NCBI GenBank assembly: GCA_005223035.1
Contig: NJBK01000004.1
Location: 40,577 to 104,576 of the forward strand
Origin: Chloroflexi bacterium B3_Chlor
Lineage (GTDB): Bacteria > Chloroflexota > Anaerolineae > UBA7937 > B3-Chlor
Direction: 5' to 3'
DNA length: 64,000 nt
The stretch's first letter is position 1. Each line of letters opens with the position of its first letter. The notes beneath the pieces are model-generated. The model searched no databases. It was given only the letters and a program-made list of their open reading frames with translations, and was not told the origin of the DNA. The position numbers were made by a program, and so were the translations under genes. This document shows positions 35,408-45,700 of the stretch, one piece after another.

Positions 35408-36433
35408 TTGGAGAACTTGCTCATCACAGGAGGCGCTGGTTTCATCGGCAGCAACTTCGTGCACCATATCCTCGACAAGTACCCGGACTGCAAGGTGATC
35501 GTGTATGACAAGCTTACCTATGCCGGCAACCTGGACAACTTGCAGGATGTCGCTGATGACCCCCGCTATAGCTTTGTCCGAGGGGACATTTGCGACATGG
35601 AATTCGTTGAGGACGTCGTCCAAGAGCACAAGGTTGACGGCATAGTCAATTTTGCTGCCGAGACCCATGTGGATCGCAGCATTCTCGAACCGGGCAGTTT
35701 CATCCAGACGGACGTCTACGGTACTCACGTTCTCTTGGAAGCCGTCAGGAAGTTCGGCCTGAGGAGGATGGTGCATATCTCTACGGATGAAGTCTACGGC
35801 AGCGTCGTCGAGGGGTCGTCAGTGGAGACTGATAACCTTCTCCCGAATAGCCCTTATTCCGCCAGCAAGGCTGGTGCAGATCTGATGTGTCGTGCCTACC
35901 ATGTCACCTACGGAGTCCCGGTGGTCATCACGCGGGGCTCGAACAACTTCGGACCCTATCAATACCCAGAGAAGGTAATCCCCCTGTTCATCACCAACGC
36001 CCTGGACGACAAGCCCTTGCCCCTCTATGGTGATGGGCTAAACGTGCGAGACTGGCTCTACGTTCTCGACCACTGTGACGCCATCGATTTGATGTTACAC
36101 GAAGGGCGGGACGGCGAGATATACAATGTCGGCAGCAACCATGAGCTGACCAACCTTGAGTTAACGGAGACCATCCTCGAACTGATGGGCAAACCAAAGA
36201 GCCTCATCCAGTTCGTCGAGGATCGGCCAGGCCATGATAGACGATACTCCCTCGATTCCACCAAGATTCACGGACTGGGATGGCGGCCCAATCATGCCTT
36301 CGAGAACGCATTGGAGGGGACGGTACGCTGGTACACGGAGAATCGGTGGTGGTGGGAGAAGATCAAGTCAGGCGCATATGACAACTACTACGAGAGACAG
36401 TATGGCACGCGGCGAGTTCTTACCGGCTCTTGA
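35408..36433 (+). CDS. rmlB: dTDP-glucose 4,6-dehydratase
   Basis: TTG start with GAGGAGG upstream. ITGGAGFIGS Rossmann motif, catalytic YSASK, extended-SDR architecture. Confidence 0.85.
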   Translation: MENLLITGGAGFIGSNFVHHILDKYPDCKVIVYDKLTYAGNLDNLQDVADDPRYSFVRGDICDMEFVEDVVQEHKVDGIVNFAAETHVDRSILEPGSFIQTDVYGTHVLLEAVRKFGLRRMVHISTDEVYGSVVEGSSVETDNLLPNSPYSASKAGADLMCRAYHVTYGVPVVITRGSNNFGPYQYPEKVIPLFITNALDDKPLPLYGDGLNVRDWLYVLDHCDAIDLMLHEGRDGEIYNVGSNHELTNLELTETILELMGKPKSLIQFVEDRPGHDRRYSLDSTKIHGLGWRPNHAFENALEGTVRWYTENRWWWEKIKSGAYDNYYERQYGTRRVLTGS

Positions 36434-38144
36434 AACTCACGACAGCCCGATGCACACCTGAGGGGGCCCGAAAGACGCAATAAGAGTCCTGCAGTATAGT
36501 CTCCATCCGATGGGATATTGGAGCACCATCGATGGAGACTTTCTCTGTCTCTTTTCCCAAGGGCAGTAAGAGGCTGACCTCTAGGGCCCTGGGGTGGCTT
36601 GAGCCGTAATCGAGGACAATGAAATCGCGGTGATACTTGTAGTCGTAAGATACGTACAAGCCGCTGGCTGGTTGAAGGGCCCGGATCTGGCCATCGTGTT
36701 TCCTGAGGCGAGGCTGTACGCTTGCCTGATCCCTCTCCACTGTGACTCCGAAGAGCCCGCGCACGACAGCTTTGGCCACAGTAGCTGCGGCACTGGCATA
36801 GTTGTCTGATCCCCATCCCTCGGCTGTCGACGGCATTTGCCATTCGAAGACCTGTCCGGGATGCAGTGCCCAGTCCTGAGCCACCATCCTGAGATGGGCC
36901 AAAGCCAAGGCCGAATGGCCGCTCTCAAACTCGGCAGTTATCTGCATACCACCCCACCAGTCCCACTGGCCACCGTTTTGGTATTCTCCCGGCGACATCT
37001 GCACGTGCGCGAAGAACCCCTCTGGATAAGGTGGGTATAGGCTAAGGCCAGGTTTGCGGGATCCCGCAGCCAGTCGGGCACTTTCCAGATTGGAAAAGAC
37101 CCTCTGACTACGATGGAGATCGCTGAGGCCCACATTGGCGGCCAGCGCATTAGAGATGCCTATCATTTCCTCCTCTGGAAAGTCATGTGCCAGAGGAGTG
37201 AGGTGCTTGTGCACAAGATAGAACCCCCCCTGCGGGTTCCATAGCTTCTCGTTCGTGGAGCACCGTAGCCGCTCGGCCCGTCTCTGAAGGTCGCTAGCGC
37301 GGACTCTATCTTCTAGCATCTGGTTCATCTCCGCCAATTCCAGGAGGGCGCGGTAGGTCAAAGCCTGGTCATAGCTGGAATAAGTCCAGTGGTCGGTGTC
37401 GGCGTCCAGGTCCGTGGCGCTGACCGAGGGCTCGAATCTCACGTCTCCCCAATCGGTGGTGTGTCCTCGCTTGATGAGTTGATGAGTGCTGTCGAAGCGG
37501 CGCGTGTAGAGCCACTCTAGTGCCCGGTTCAGCCGCGACATGATGGTTTCCCCTTCGAGTTCCTTCTGTAACCAGTCTATGCCGCCAGCGATCCGGTAGT
37601 ATTGATGTGCAGCGTGGATCAGATGTGTCTCTTCGTCGGATACGGCGGTGGCTTTGTCGATGTGGCCATCAGGAGCAATGACCGCGCTGATCGCGCCATC
37701 GCCAGGGATATCCCCATCCGCGCTCTGCGTATCAGCTCCGTACTGGCGCCGCAGGAACTCCTCGATAGGAGTTCTCAAATAGTCATCGCCGTAGAAATAC
37801 TGCAGTGTGGGTATCATGGTGGAGGTGTCACGAACGAAGATGATTCCATATTCCTGAGCTGGCACTAGGCCGCGGACGGGTCCACCAGGGCCCTGAAACT
37901 CGGTCTCGCACAGTCGGAAGGTATGCACAACGTTTTCTCTCATGGCTTCGATGGCGGGGTAGTCGGGCAGGTACCACGCGGTCGCTGTCGGGGGAAGGCT
38001 GAGTTCCTGGTGGCTCATAGGCGGCAGAGTCCCGGATGTGGGCGGCTCTCTTGAAAGGATCAGGCGCTGCGGCAGGACTACCGCTGCCAACACAGTTGAG
38101 AGCAGAACCAGGAAAGGAATAGCCTGCTTCTTGCCTTCGCACAT
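36420..38144 (-). CDS. (alpha/alpha)6-barrel glycoside hydrolase-like protein with N-terminal signal anchor
   Basis: Start MCEGKKQAIPFLVLL at the first ATG after the upstream gene's stop. GGQWDWWGG and acidic catalytic-type blocks. Family assignment uncertain (GDE_C/GH63-like). Confidence 0.5.
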   Translation of the reverse strand: MCEGKKQAIPFLVLLSTVLAAVVLPQRLILSREPPTSGTLPPMSHQELSLPPTATAWYLPDYPAIEAMRENVVHTFRLCETEFQGPGGPVRGLVPAQEYGIIFVRDTSTMIPTLQYFYGDDYLRTPIEEFLRRQYGADTQSADGDIPGDGAISAVIAPDGHIDKATAVSDEETHLIHAAHQYYRIAGGIDWLQKELEGETIMSRLNRALEWLYTRRFDSTHQLIKRGHTTDWGDVRFEPSVSATDLDADTDHWTYSSYDQALTYRALLELAEMNQMLEDRVRASDLQRRAERLRCSTNEKLWNPQGGFYLVHKHLTPLAHDFPEEEMIGISNALAANVGLSDLHRSQRVFSNLESARLAAGSRKPGLSLYPPYPEGFFAHVQMSPGEYQNGGQWDWWGGMQITAEFESGHSALALAHLRMVAQDWALHPGQVFEWQMPSTAEGWGSDNYASAAATVAKAVVRGLFGVTVERDQASVQPRLRKHDGQIRALQPASGLYVSYDYKYHRDFIVLDYGSSHPRALEVSLLLPLGKETEKVSIDGAPISHRMETILQDSYCVFRAPSGVHRAVVSFKSR

Positions 38145-38158
38145 TTTGCCGAGAGGGG

Positions 38159-39469
38159 TCAGATTTCCGGTTTGCCCGTTGGAGGCACGGTCCTGTAGAT
38201 TAGGTACGCCATCCACAGCGAGGCTGCCGTCAGTAGGCTGCGGAAGATGGCAATGACAGCTTTGTAGTTTGTGTACGACTGAATGATCAATTCCGGCGGG
38301 GTCAGTTGGGAGAAAAGGCCCGGGTTGAGGGGCAGGAATAGCCACCATGTCGTCTGAGAGCCCCAGTTCAGCAGGTAGACAGCGTAGCCAGCGATCTGCA
38401 CCAAGTGGAACCACAGAAGTTGAGGCTGGTCAGCGATTTCCAGAGCCAAGAGAGGCAAAAGCGCGAAGAAGTATTGTGGGTTGAAGAAAGCGAGTGAGAA
38501 CATGATCAGGAAAACCATGGTGGAGTACCTGCGAAGCACCGCATAAGAGGACAAGTCTCTCTCCAGGCTGCTGAACAAGAGGAGCCCGTAGGCGATAACG
38601 AAGAGCACAAGCTCGTCGTGGAGGATGATCGGCAGCTTGGCTGCGAGCAAGAACTGTCCGTGAGCGCGGTCCAGGAGAGCAATCACCCGAGGTAGTGCCC
38701 CGGAGAGAAGCGTCAGCAGGACGACTCCGATGAGAATAAGAGCCCCCAGGAGGAGACGTTTCTGCTGCCTGATTTGCTTGAACGCTCCGAATAGAAAGAA
38801 GGGAGCCAAGGCCGCATCTATCACGCGCGATAGCAAGGCGAGGGCCAGCCCTGCCAACGAAGAAAGCGGTCGGACACGGTCGAAGAAGTACAGACCGAGT
38901 AGGACGAAGAAGGCAGCCACGGCATCGTAGCGGCCATAGAGATATGAGATGTACAAACCGATGGGATTGAACATCCAGAAAGCGAAGGCGATGATAGCCC
39001 TCCGGGGCCGCCTGCGCAGCAGTGCAAGCAATAGGAAGGCGCAGCCCAGATCGAAGGCAAGGTGAGGGAGTTTCAGGATGAAGAGGGTGATGTGGATTCG
39101 CGGCGCGCTGGCAATCTGCATTCTCAATTCGAAGGCTCCCTGATACTCCTCCTGACCCATGAGCCTCCATTCATCAGGCCAGACGAGTTCAGATGGGGAT
39201 AGAACTCGCTGAAACAACCATATCGTGGCGGTGTAGAGTAGATGGGGAATGGGCTGTACTGACAGGTCCTTGGAAACCTCGCCGTGCAGGGCTAGGTTCT
39301 GCGCGTGGTATGTGATCCAGAAGAGGTCGGGATGGAAGGAGATGGGCATAAGCGCCACGCGGACCAATAAGCCCAGGGCCAACAAGATGACGACAATCCT
39401 GTTGAACGAACAGTTTTCTTCTTGGGCTGAGAGGAACGAGGTGGAGGAAAGCTTTCTAATGCTGTTCAT
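38159..39469 (-). CDS. polytopic membrane protein, GT-C-fold glycosyltransferase-like
   Basis: About 11 predicted TM helices. An early periplasmic loop carries acidic residues (HLAFDLG). Found inside the polysaccharide cluster. Confidence 0.4.
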   Translation of the reverse strand: MNSIRKLSSTSFLSAQEENCSFNRIVVILLALGLLVRVALMPISFHPDLFWITYHAQNLALHGEVSKDLSVQPIPHLLYTATIWLFQRVLSPSELVWPDEWRLMGQEEYQGAFELRMQIASAPRIHITLFILKLPHLAFDLGCAFLLLALLRRRPRRAIIAFAFWMFNPIGLYISYLYGRYDAVAAFFVLLGLYFFDRVRPLSSLAGLALALLSRVIDAALAPFFLFGAFKQIRQQKRLLLGALILIGVVLLTLLSGALPRVIALLDRAHGQFLLAAKLPIILHDELVLFVIAYGLLLFSSLERDLSSYAVLRRYSTMVFLIMFSLAFFNPQYFFALLPLLALEIADQPQLLWFHLVQIAGYAVYLLNWGSQTTWWLFLPLNPGLFSQLTPPELIIQSYTNYKAVIAIFRSLLTAASLWMAYLIYRTVPPTGKPEI

Positions 39470-39475
39470 GATCGC

Positions 39476-41482
39476 CTACAGTTTTTCGACCACGCAGCCC
39501 ATGTCCCTGTAACGGGGAGCGCCAGCCACGGGATCACAACAGAGATCGTCTATCAGCCAGTTGGCGTTATGTTCGCCTGCCCAGCCGTGCGGTATGGACA
39601 CCGTTCCTGGGTGTATGGCTTCGGTTACCTTCGCCTTGAACACGGCGGTACCTACCCTTGTCTTTATCGTCACCTCCTCGCCATCGGCCACTCCTATCTC
39701 TGACGCCCGAACCTGGCTGAGCTCGGCCAGGGGCAGCGGATGGGCTTTCCGGAGGGTGGGGATATTGCGATGTTGAGAGTGGTAGAAGTGCGGCACTCTG
39801 GCACCGGTTATTAGATATTGGGGATACGCGATATCATCAGGCCAATCCATAGGCGCGGTGGGAAGAGGATCGTGCCCCAGTTCTTGGAGGGGACGGCTAT
39901 ACAGCTCGATTTTGCCCGACGCTGTGGTGAATCCTGTCTCCAGGACACGACCAGGGGTCGTAGCCACGGCAGCCTCGTGGCCGGTCCATCCTGCCCGTTC
40001 CAGCACAGCGTCTATGAGTTCTTGATCGCCAGCGAAAGGGAAGTACTCACCATAGCCCAGCTTCCGGCCCAGCAGACAGAGAAACTTCCATTCCGGAAGG
40101 GCTTCACCCAACGGCTCCACGACTGGAAGCCTCGTCCGGACTGGATGGTCTTGTCGCAACGACTGTACACTAATCTCCCCCTTCTCCAGGAATGTGCAGG
40201 CTGGTAGGACCACGTCGGCCAACTGCGCGGTGTCATTCATGAATAGGTCGTGCACGACTACGAGGTCCAGCTTGGCCAGCGCCCTCCGCACTTTCCTGGT
40301 GTTGGGGAAGCAAGACAGGGGGTTGCCTTCGATCACGATCAGACCGTGTAGGGGGTAAGGCGTCTCGTTCAGAATCGCCTCAGGTAGAAGGGCGCTGGCA
40401 TCTTTGGCGAGGGGAAAATGATCGTGCCAGAAGCTTCTTGAGAGTCGAGGAAGTTCGTCGGGCACCGGGAGGCTTCTCAGCGGGCGATAAGGGGTGAGCA
40501 TCAAACCTCCCTTCACATCGACGTTGCCCGTGATGGCCATGAGAATAGCCATCGCCCGCAGCGTTTGGGTGGCCCTGGCGCTGTGCTGGACCCCCTGCCG
40601 CCGCTCCAATGAGGCTGGTCTACTGAGGGCGAAACCCTCAGCTACCTGCTCTATACTGTCGGCAGGTATGTCCGTGATCCTCTCGGCCCATTGGGGTGTG
40701 TAGGGCGTGATGTGCTCTGCCAGTTCATCGAAGCCAATCGTGTGAGCGGCGACGAAGTCCTCATCGTGCAGATCGTTCAGGATTATATGGTGGATCATTC
40801 CTAGGGCCAAGGCCAGGTCAGTGCCTGGCCTGATCTGGAGGTAACTGTTTGCCTTGGCAGCCATGGGTGTGAGACGAGGATCAACTACCACTAGCTTGGC
40901 GCCTTTTTTCCAGGCGGCCATTATGTCTGCGGTGATGCCAAGGTGGCGATGAAAGTGGGTGACCGGAGGGTTGGCGCCCCACAGGATGATGTACCTGGTA
41001 TTCTTAAGGTCGCACCAGGGCATAAGTGGGCGCCCAAAGGTGTTGCCGTACGCCACGATCTTGGGCCCCACGCATACCGACCAAGTCCGCGTGACATTGG
41101 GAGTACCAATAAGCCTGGCCAAGCGACGGAGCACCATCTCGTCAAGAACTCTGGCAGTGGTGCCTTCGTAGAAAACAAGGGCCTGAGGTCCGTATCGCTC
41201 TTTTGTCGCTTCTATCCTGGTGGCGATGAAATCTATCGCTTCCTCCCACGAGGCACGCTGGAACTCTCCCGTGCGCCTCTTTCTGAGGAGGGGATAGCGC
41301 AGGCGGTCTTTGGCGTACATAATACGCGGCGAGTTTCGCCCCTTCACGCACAGCTTGCCGCGACTCCATTGATCTTCAGGGTCGCCCTCCACCGTGACCA
41401 CTCTGCCATCCTTGAGATCAGCAATCATGCCGCATTCGGCGCGGCAGATCTGACAGAAGGTCCATGCGGTGTCGTGAGACAT
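39476..41482 (-). CDS. molybdopterin oxidoreductase catalytic subunit (DMSO reductase / formate dehydrogenase family)
   Basis: N-terminal [4Fe-4S] motif CQICRAECG, followed by molybdopterin-binding domains. GAGAGGAG 5 nt upstream of ATG (MSHDTAW). Confidence 0.8.
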   Translation of the reverse strand: MSHDTAWTFCQICRAECGMIADLKDGRVVTVEGDPEDQWSRGKLCVKGRNSPRIMYAKDRLRYPLLRKRRTGEFQRASWEEAIDFIATRIEATKERYGPQALVFYEGTTARVLDEMVLRRLARLIGTPNVTRTWSVCVGPKIVAYGNTFGRPLMPWCDLKNTRYIILWGANPPVTHFHRHLGITADIMAAWKKGAKLVVVDPRLTPMAAKANSYLQIRPGTDLALALGMIHHIILNDLHDEDFVAAHTIGFDELAEHITPYTPQWAERITDIPADSIEQVAEGFALSRPASLERRQGVQHSARATQTLRAMAILMAITGNVDVKGGLMLTPYRPLRSLPVPDELPRLSRSFWHDHFPLAKDASALLPEAILNETPYPLHGLIVIEGNPLSCFPNTRKVRRALAKLDLVVVHDLFMNDTAQLADVVLPACTFLEKGEISVQSLRQDHPVRTRLPVVEPLGEALPEWKFLCLLGRKLGYGEYFPFAGDQELIDAVLERAGWTGHEAAVATTPGRVLETGFTTASGKIELYSRPLQELGHDPLPTAPMDWPDDIAYPQYLITGARVPHFYHSQHRNIPTLRKAHPLPLAELSQVRASEIGVADGEEVTIKTRVGTAVFKAKVTEAIHPGTVSIPHGWAGEHNANWLIDDLCCDPVAGAPRYRDMGCVVEKL

Positions 41483-41514
41483 GAAATCTCCTCTCATTCC
41501 AAGTCGCAGGTGAT

Positions 41515-41543
41515 ATTATAAGTCGCCTGTCACTGTGCAGCAA
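41515..41543 (-). promoter_or_regulatory. sigma70-like promoter TTGCTG-N17-TATAAT, read on the minus strand
   Basis: Plus-strand attata at 41515-41520 and cagcaa at 41538-41543. About 30 nt upstream of the molybdoenzyme start. Confidence 0.45.
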
Positions 41544-41707
41544 GCGCTTTGTTTCTTGTGGGTGTTGCCACTGCATTGGAAGCTACTACGAACCCTGGAC
41601 AACTCGCGCACATCAGATGTCTCCAGCGCCGTCCCAGGCAGCTTGAGGGCAAACGACATGCGAACCAGGCTCTGGGTTTGGGTGCGTCTGTTGTTTTGGG
41701 GGAAGGT

Positions 41708-42568
41708 ATGATAGAATGCTGCAGTATGATCGAGTTCTCCGTCTCAACCTCCTTCATCAGAGCGGATTTGTCCAGCCTGAGACAACTTGTCAACTTGGGT
41801 GACTTTCGCAAGCTGGAGATTGGCTTCTATGACGAGGAGGCATTGCCGCTGGTAATGGATTTCGCCGCCAAAGAAGGCCTAAGTTATGGTTTCCATGATC
41901 CCCTGCCCCGGTTGCTTTCCGACAGCTACCCTTTCCTCACGGATCCCGACGATGAGAAGCGTTGGCGAACTCTGGATTCGATGTACCGCACAATGCAAAC
42001 GGCCGACAGGTACGGAGCGGTCTACGTGGTCGGCCATATCCCCTCAGTGATCTGGGAACCCCATCCGAGTTTGAGCGAGGCAAAGATCATCGAGCTGGCC
42101 CACAATAGCTGCGACCAGCTAACCGTCTGGAGTAGAGAGGCGGGCATCCCTTTCGTCCTGGAAAATGTGGGCCCCAACCCTTACTTCTTTCAGTTTGAGG
42201 CCTTCGTTGAGGTACTAGAAGCCCATCGGGACTTGGAGTTCTGCCTGGACGTCGGACACTTGCATCTGATGTCCATATACGGGGGGTTCGACTCCTTAGA
42301 GTTCGCCACGCAGCTGGCACCCTACACATCGATCATCCATGTCTATAACACGACCCCTGAGATGTATCGCAAGTATCACCATGTCCCTGCTCATCCGTCG
42401 CAGGGGCCTGAGGACGGGTGGGCCGACATCCCCGCGATATTGGCCCGTGTGTTGAGATATCCGGACCGCAACCTCACTCTTGTATTGGAGTACTCTCCCG
42501 AATATCCTGCGGATGTGGCCTTCATCAGGGAAGGGATAGAGTGGGTGAAGCAGGTGGTGGCAGGTTAG
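41708..42568 (+). CDS. sugar phosphate isomerase/epimerase (xylose isomerase-like TIM barrel)
   Basis: GGGGGAAGG upstream of ATG 41708. Conserved HxP..., E...GH TIM-barrel metal sites (FHDPLP, VLENVGPN, LDVGHLHLM). Confidence 0.6.
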   Translation: MIECCSMIEFSVSTSFIRADLSSLRQLVNLGDFRKLEIGFYDEEALPLVMDFAAKEGLSYGFHDPLPRLLSDSYPFLTDPDDEKRWRTLDSMYRTMQTADRYGAVYVVGHIPSVIWEPHPSLSEAKIIELAHNSCDQLTVWSREAGIPFVLENVGPNPYFFQFEAFVEVLEAHRDLEFCLDVGHLHLMSIYGGFDSLEFATQLAPYTSIIHVYNTTPEMYRKYHHVPAHPSQGPEDGWADIPAILARVLRYPDRNLTLVLEYSPEYPADVAFIREGIEWVKQVVAG

Positions 42569-42572
42569 CAGG

Positions 42573-43010
42573 CTATCGTTCCAAGATGATCGTTACGGGG
42601 CCGTCGTTGTGGATCTCCACGAGCATCATCGCGCCAAAGATGCCCGATTCGACGTGCAGACCCTCTTGCTCTAAGAATGCCACGAACTGTTCCACGACCG
42701 GCCCAGCCACCTCCGGTGGAGCAGCTTTGGTGAAACTGGGTCGCCGGCCCTTGCGGGCATCGCCGTACAGCGTGAATTGGGACACTACCAACGCATCAGC
42801 GCCTACCTCAAGCGCTGAAAGGTTGAACTTGCCCCGATCGTCGGCAAAAATGCGTAGGTTGGCTATCTTGCCGGCCAAAAACCTGGCCTCCTCCTCCCCA
42901 TCATCGTGGGTCACGCCAAGAAGCACAACCAGTCCTCGACCGATACTGCCGACTGTCCTTCCATCTACGGCTACTGAGGCTTTGCTTACCCTTTGGACGA
43001 CTGCGCGCAT
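42573..43010 (-). CDS. dtd: D-aminoacyl-tRNA deacylase
   Basis: [13 protein letters not shown] start, SQFTLYGD and GIFGAMM signature blocks. 145 aa. Confidence 0.85.
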   Translation of the reverse strand: MRAVVQRVSKASVAVDGRTVGSIGRGLVVLLGVTHDDGEEEARFLAGKIANLRIFADDRGKFNLSALEVGADALVVSQFTLYGDARKGRRPSFTKAAPPEVAGPVVEQFVAFLEQEGLHVESGIFGAMMLVEIHNDGPVTIILER

Positions 43011-43107
43011 CTCTTGCCCGAGGAACCGCCCCTAGACGATTTGCCCAAATCCCTACAATTTGGTATGCTTGAAGATACAGGGAACCAGCATAAGAAGAGG
43101 CTGAACC

Positions 43108-43407
43108 ATGATAAAATTGCTCATGAGTTGGGATATCAAAGCCGGTAGGGAAGCAGAGTACATGGAATTCGTCACCCGAGAGTTCACCCCTGAACTGATG
43201 AAGCTAGGTATTCAACCCACTGAGGCCTGGTACACGGTAGTAGGCAACGGCCCCCAGGTGTTGGCTGGAGGCATCACCAAAGATAGGGAGACCATGATGA
43301 CGATACTGGGGAGCGAGGAGTGGGAGGGGCTGGAGACGAAGCTCCTTGATTATGTGCGAAACTACCGGTCCAAGGTGGTTCCAGCGACCGGACAATTCCA
43401 ACTCTAG
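43108..43407 (+). CDS. hypothetical small protein (possible ferredoxin-like alpha+beta fold)
   Basis: AGAGG 8 nt upstream. 99 aa, no motif recognised. Confidence 0.4.
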   Translation: MIKLLMSWDIKAGREAEYMEFVTREFTPELMKLGIQPTEAWYTVVGNGPQVLAGGITKDRETMMTILGSEEWEGLETKLLDYVRNYRSKVVPATGQFQL

Positions 43408-43427
43408 CAGGGAAGTCACACCCGTCG

Positions 43428-43697
43428 CTATTCCTTTTTGTCAGCCGTAGTCTTATCCTTCTCCTTGGCCTCCCCGCCGTCTCCTCCCGGTAGCTCCTTG
43501 GCCGCCTCATTGGCAGGCAGTTGACGGTTGTCGGTTACATAGAACCCAGAGCCTCTGAAGATTACGCCCACGGGTTGAATAACACGCTGTACTGGCGCTC
43601 CACAGTCGGGACATACCTTCACGGGTTCATCTGAGAAGTGCTGCAGTCGTTCAAATCTGTGCCTGCAGGTCTGACACTCGTACTCATAGATTGGCAT
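43428..43697 (-). CDS. FmdB-family zinc-ribbon protein
   Basis: MPIYEYECQTCRHRFE...CPDCGAP is the hallmark of FmdB/CxxC_CxxC_SSSS. Confidence 0.65.
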   Translation of the reverse strand: MPIYEYECQTCRHRFERLQHFSDEPVKVCPDCGAPVQRVIQPVGVIFRGSGFYVTDNRQLPANEAAKELPGGDGGEAKEKDKTTADKKE

Positions 43698-43978
43698 ATG
43701 CTGAATCAAACCTCCTGATGCGAAATCTCGTTTCTCATGTCCCCGCCGATCAAAGTGACAATGTCTTCCTCTGAGCCTTCCACATGTCACGGTGCGTCAC
43801 CTGCTATCTGACCAGGGTTGACCAATTCTCTCGGCTCGTTGATGACGACGGCCGCCACCGTGTCACTGACAAGCTCGCCGAGGATCGGACTGTCATCAAC
43901 AACCAGTCTCTTAGTCGAATTCGACATCATAGATAGCTCTCTAGATATTGTACGGCACTTCTATTGCGGGAGCAAGTC

Positions 43979-44007
43979 TTGACAAATCCAGCCACGATAT
44001 GGATAAT
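43979..44007 (+). promoter_or_regulatory. sigma70-like promoter TTGACA-N17-GATAAT
   Basis: Hexamers at 43979-43984 and 44002-44007, 40 nt upstream of the murI ATG at 44048. Confidence 0.5.
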
Positions 44008-44047
44008 AGCCTCGCACGAGGACCGTAGCGCCCTCAGGGTGAGGCCG

Positions 44048-44866
44048 ATGACGAAAAACGCAGGAGCAATCGGGATCTTCGACTCAGGAGTGGGGGGCCT
44101 CTCGGTGATGAATGAGATCGTCAGGGAACTCCCTCAAGAGGATGTGCTATTCTTCGCCGACAGCATCCACTGTCCATACGGGCGACGTACACACCAGGAG
44201 ATCCAACGTCTTGCCCAAGGCATCGTCGCCTTTCTGCTGTCGCAAGGGGCCAAAGTCATAATAGTGGCCTGTAACACAGCCTCTGCGGCCGCCTTGCGCT
44301 ATCTACGTGAGACTTTCAGTGTGCCGATTGTGGGCATGGAACCGGCGGTGAAGCCAGCTGCCGAACGGACCGATAGCAAGGTCGTAGGAGTCATCGCCAC
44401 TGAGGCCACCTTCCAGGGAGCCCTCTTTGCCAGCCTTGTCGAGAGATTCGCCTCCGATATCGAAGTGCTGACCCAGACCTGTCCTGGTTTGGTGGAGAAG
44501 GTGGAAGCTGGGCTCGTGGAGGACGCCGCGACCAAGCGGATGCTGGTTAGGTATCTCCAACCGATGCTGGACGCGGGACTAGATTCACTGGTTCTGGGCT
44601 GCACCCATTACCCGTTCCTTCGGCCGCTCATAGAGGAGATAATGGGGGATGGGGTGGAGATCATTGATCCGAGTCAAGCCGTGGCCAGTCAGACCGGACG
44701 GGTGCTGAGAAGAGGAGGTCTGCTGAGGGAGGAGGAAGGGGGCAGACGTGCCTTCTATACGAGCGGAGATCCGAAAGTATTCGTACGTCTCCTTGAAGGC
44801 CTGACTGACCTGAGAGGGCCAGTACTTGCAACCAGATGGGAGGAAGGCGAGATCATCTCATCCTGA
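44048..44866 (+). CDS. murI: glutamate racemase
   Basis: GIFDSGVGGLSV, ACNTAS and GCTHYP motifs. Confidence 0.85.
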   Translation: MTKNAGAIGIFDSGVGGLSVMNEIVRELPQEDVLFFADSIHCPYGRRTHQEIQRLAQGIVAFLLSQGAKVIIVACNTASAAALRYLRETFSVPIVGMEPAVKPAAERTDSKVVGVIATEATFQGALFASLVERFASDIEVLTQTCPGLVEKVEAGLVEDAATKRMLVRYLQPMLDAGLDSLVLGCTHYPFLRPLIEEIMGDGVEIIDPSQAVASQTGRVLRRGGLLREEEGGRRAFYTSGDPKVFVRLLEGLTDLRGPVLATRWEEGEIISS

Positions 44867-44989
44867 GCGCAGGGTTCCATCAACAGAGACCTGGCCGAAT
44901 GGTACAGGGTCTACCGACTGGGCCGCGGATGGGTCCGCCTGCTATGAGCGAGCGAAGGCTTACAGTTCCGATGGTGTGATTGCAGAGGT

Positions 44990-45418
44990 ATGGCGATGAA
45001 ATCATTCTCGTTTGACGGAGGGAAAGTTCTGCTTGGTCGGCTTGAAAGGGGAGATGACATCCTGCGTGGGCTGACAGAGTTCTGTGTCCAACAAGAGGTA
45101 AACGCAGGGAGCATCCAGGCTCTAGGCGCGGTGGAGCACGGCGCGGTGGGATACTACGATCAAGAGACCGCCGGTTACCGCGAGATTCGTTTCGACGAAG
45201 GTATGGAGATCGCCTCCTTGGTTGGCAACATATCCCGCAAGGAGGGCGAGGTCTTCCTTCACTGTCACATCACCTTGGCTGACAGGAAAGGTCGCTGCTT
45301 TGGCGGGCACCTGGTGGAGGGGAATGTGGCCTTTGCCTGCGAGTTCGCCATCACCGCGCTGGAAGGCCCAGTCCCTGAGCGAACCCACGACGAAGCCACG
45401 GGGCTGATGATCTGGTAA
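44990..45418 (+). CDS. PPC/DUF296 (PD1-like) domain protein
   Basis: 142 aa matching the COG1661-type beta-sandwich pattern (GSIQALGAV...EIASLVGNI...HCHITLAD). Confidence 0.6.
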   Translation: MAMKSFSFDGGKVLLGRLERGDDILRGLTEFCVQQEVNAGSIQALGAVEHGAVGYYDQETAGYREIRFDEGMEIASLVGNISRKEGEVFLHCHITLADRKGRCFGGHLVEGNVAFACEFAITALEGPVPERTHDEATGLMIW

Positions 45419-45463
45419 GATCGCTTCCGGGCAGGACAAAACGTTGCTATGCCGAGGTGCTCA

Positions 45464-45484
45464 TCAGACAGTCGCCCTGTCTGA
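45464..45484 (+). terminator. candidate intrinsic terminator hairpin after the PPC gene
   Basis: 8-bp perfect stem TCAGACAG/CTGTCTGA with loop TCGCC, followed by TTCCCC (a weak U-tract). Confidence 0.35.
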
Positions 45485-45700
45485 TTCCCCGCTCTCGCCT
45501 CGATCCGGATGTTGGGGTGCGCAATGACGGTTGACGCGGTGCACTGATAGACAACTCCCACCATTCTGAGGCCGTTCTGATTGCAGTGAGGCCGTGAGAT
45601 CCGGTCTGCGACTAAGTGGGCGCGGCACCGCGGTTCGCCGCTCAATGTCAGAGCCACCAGGAGGAGCTCCCAGGTAAGAGAGACCCTGAGACTGGCGGTC

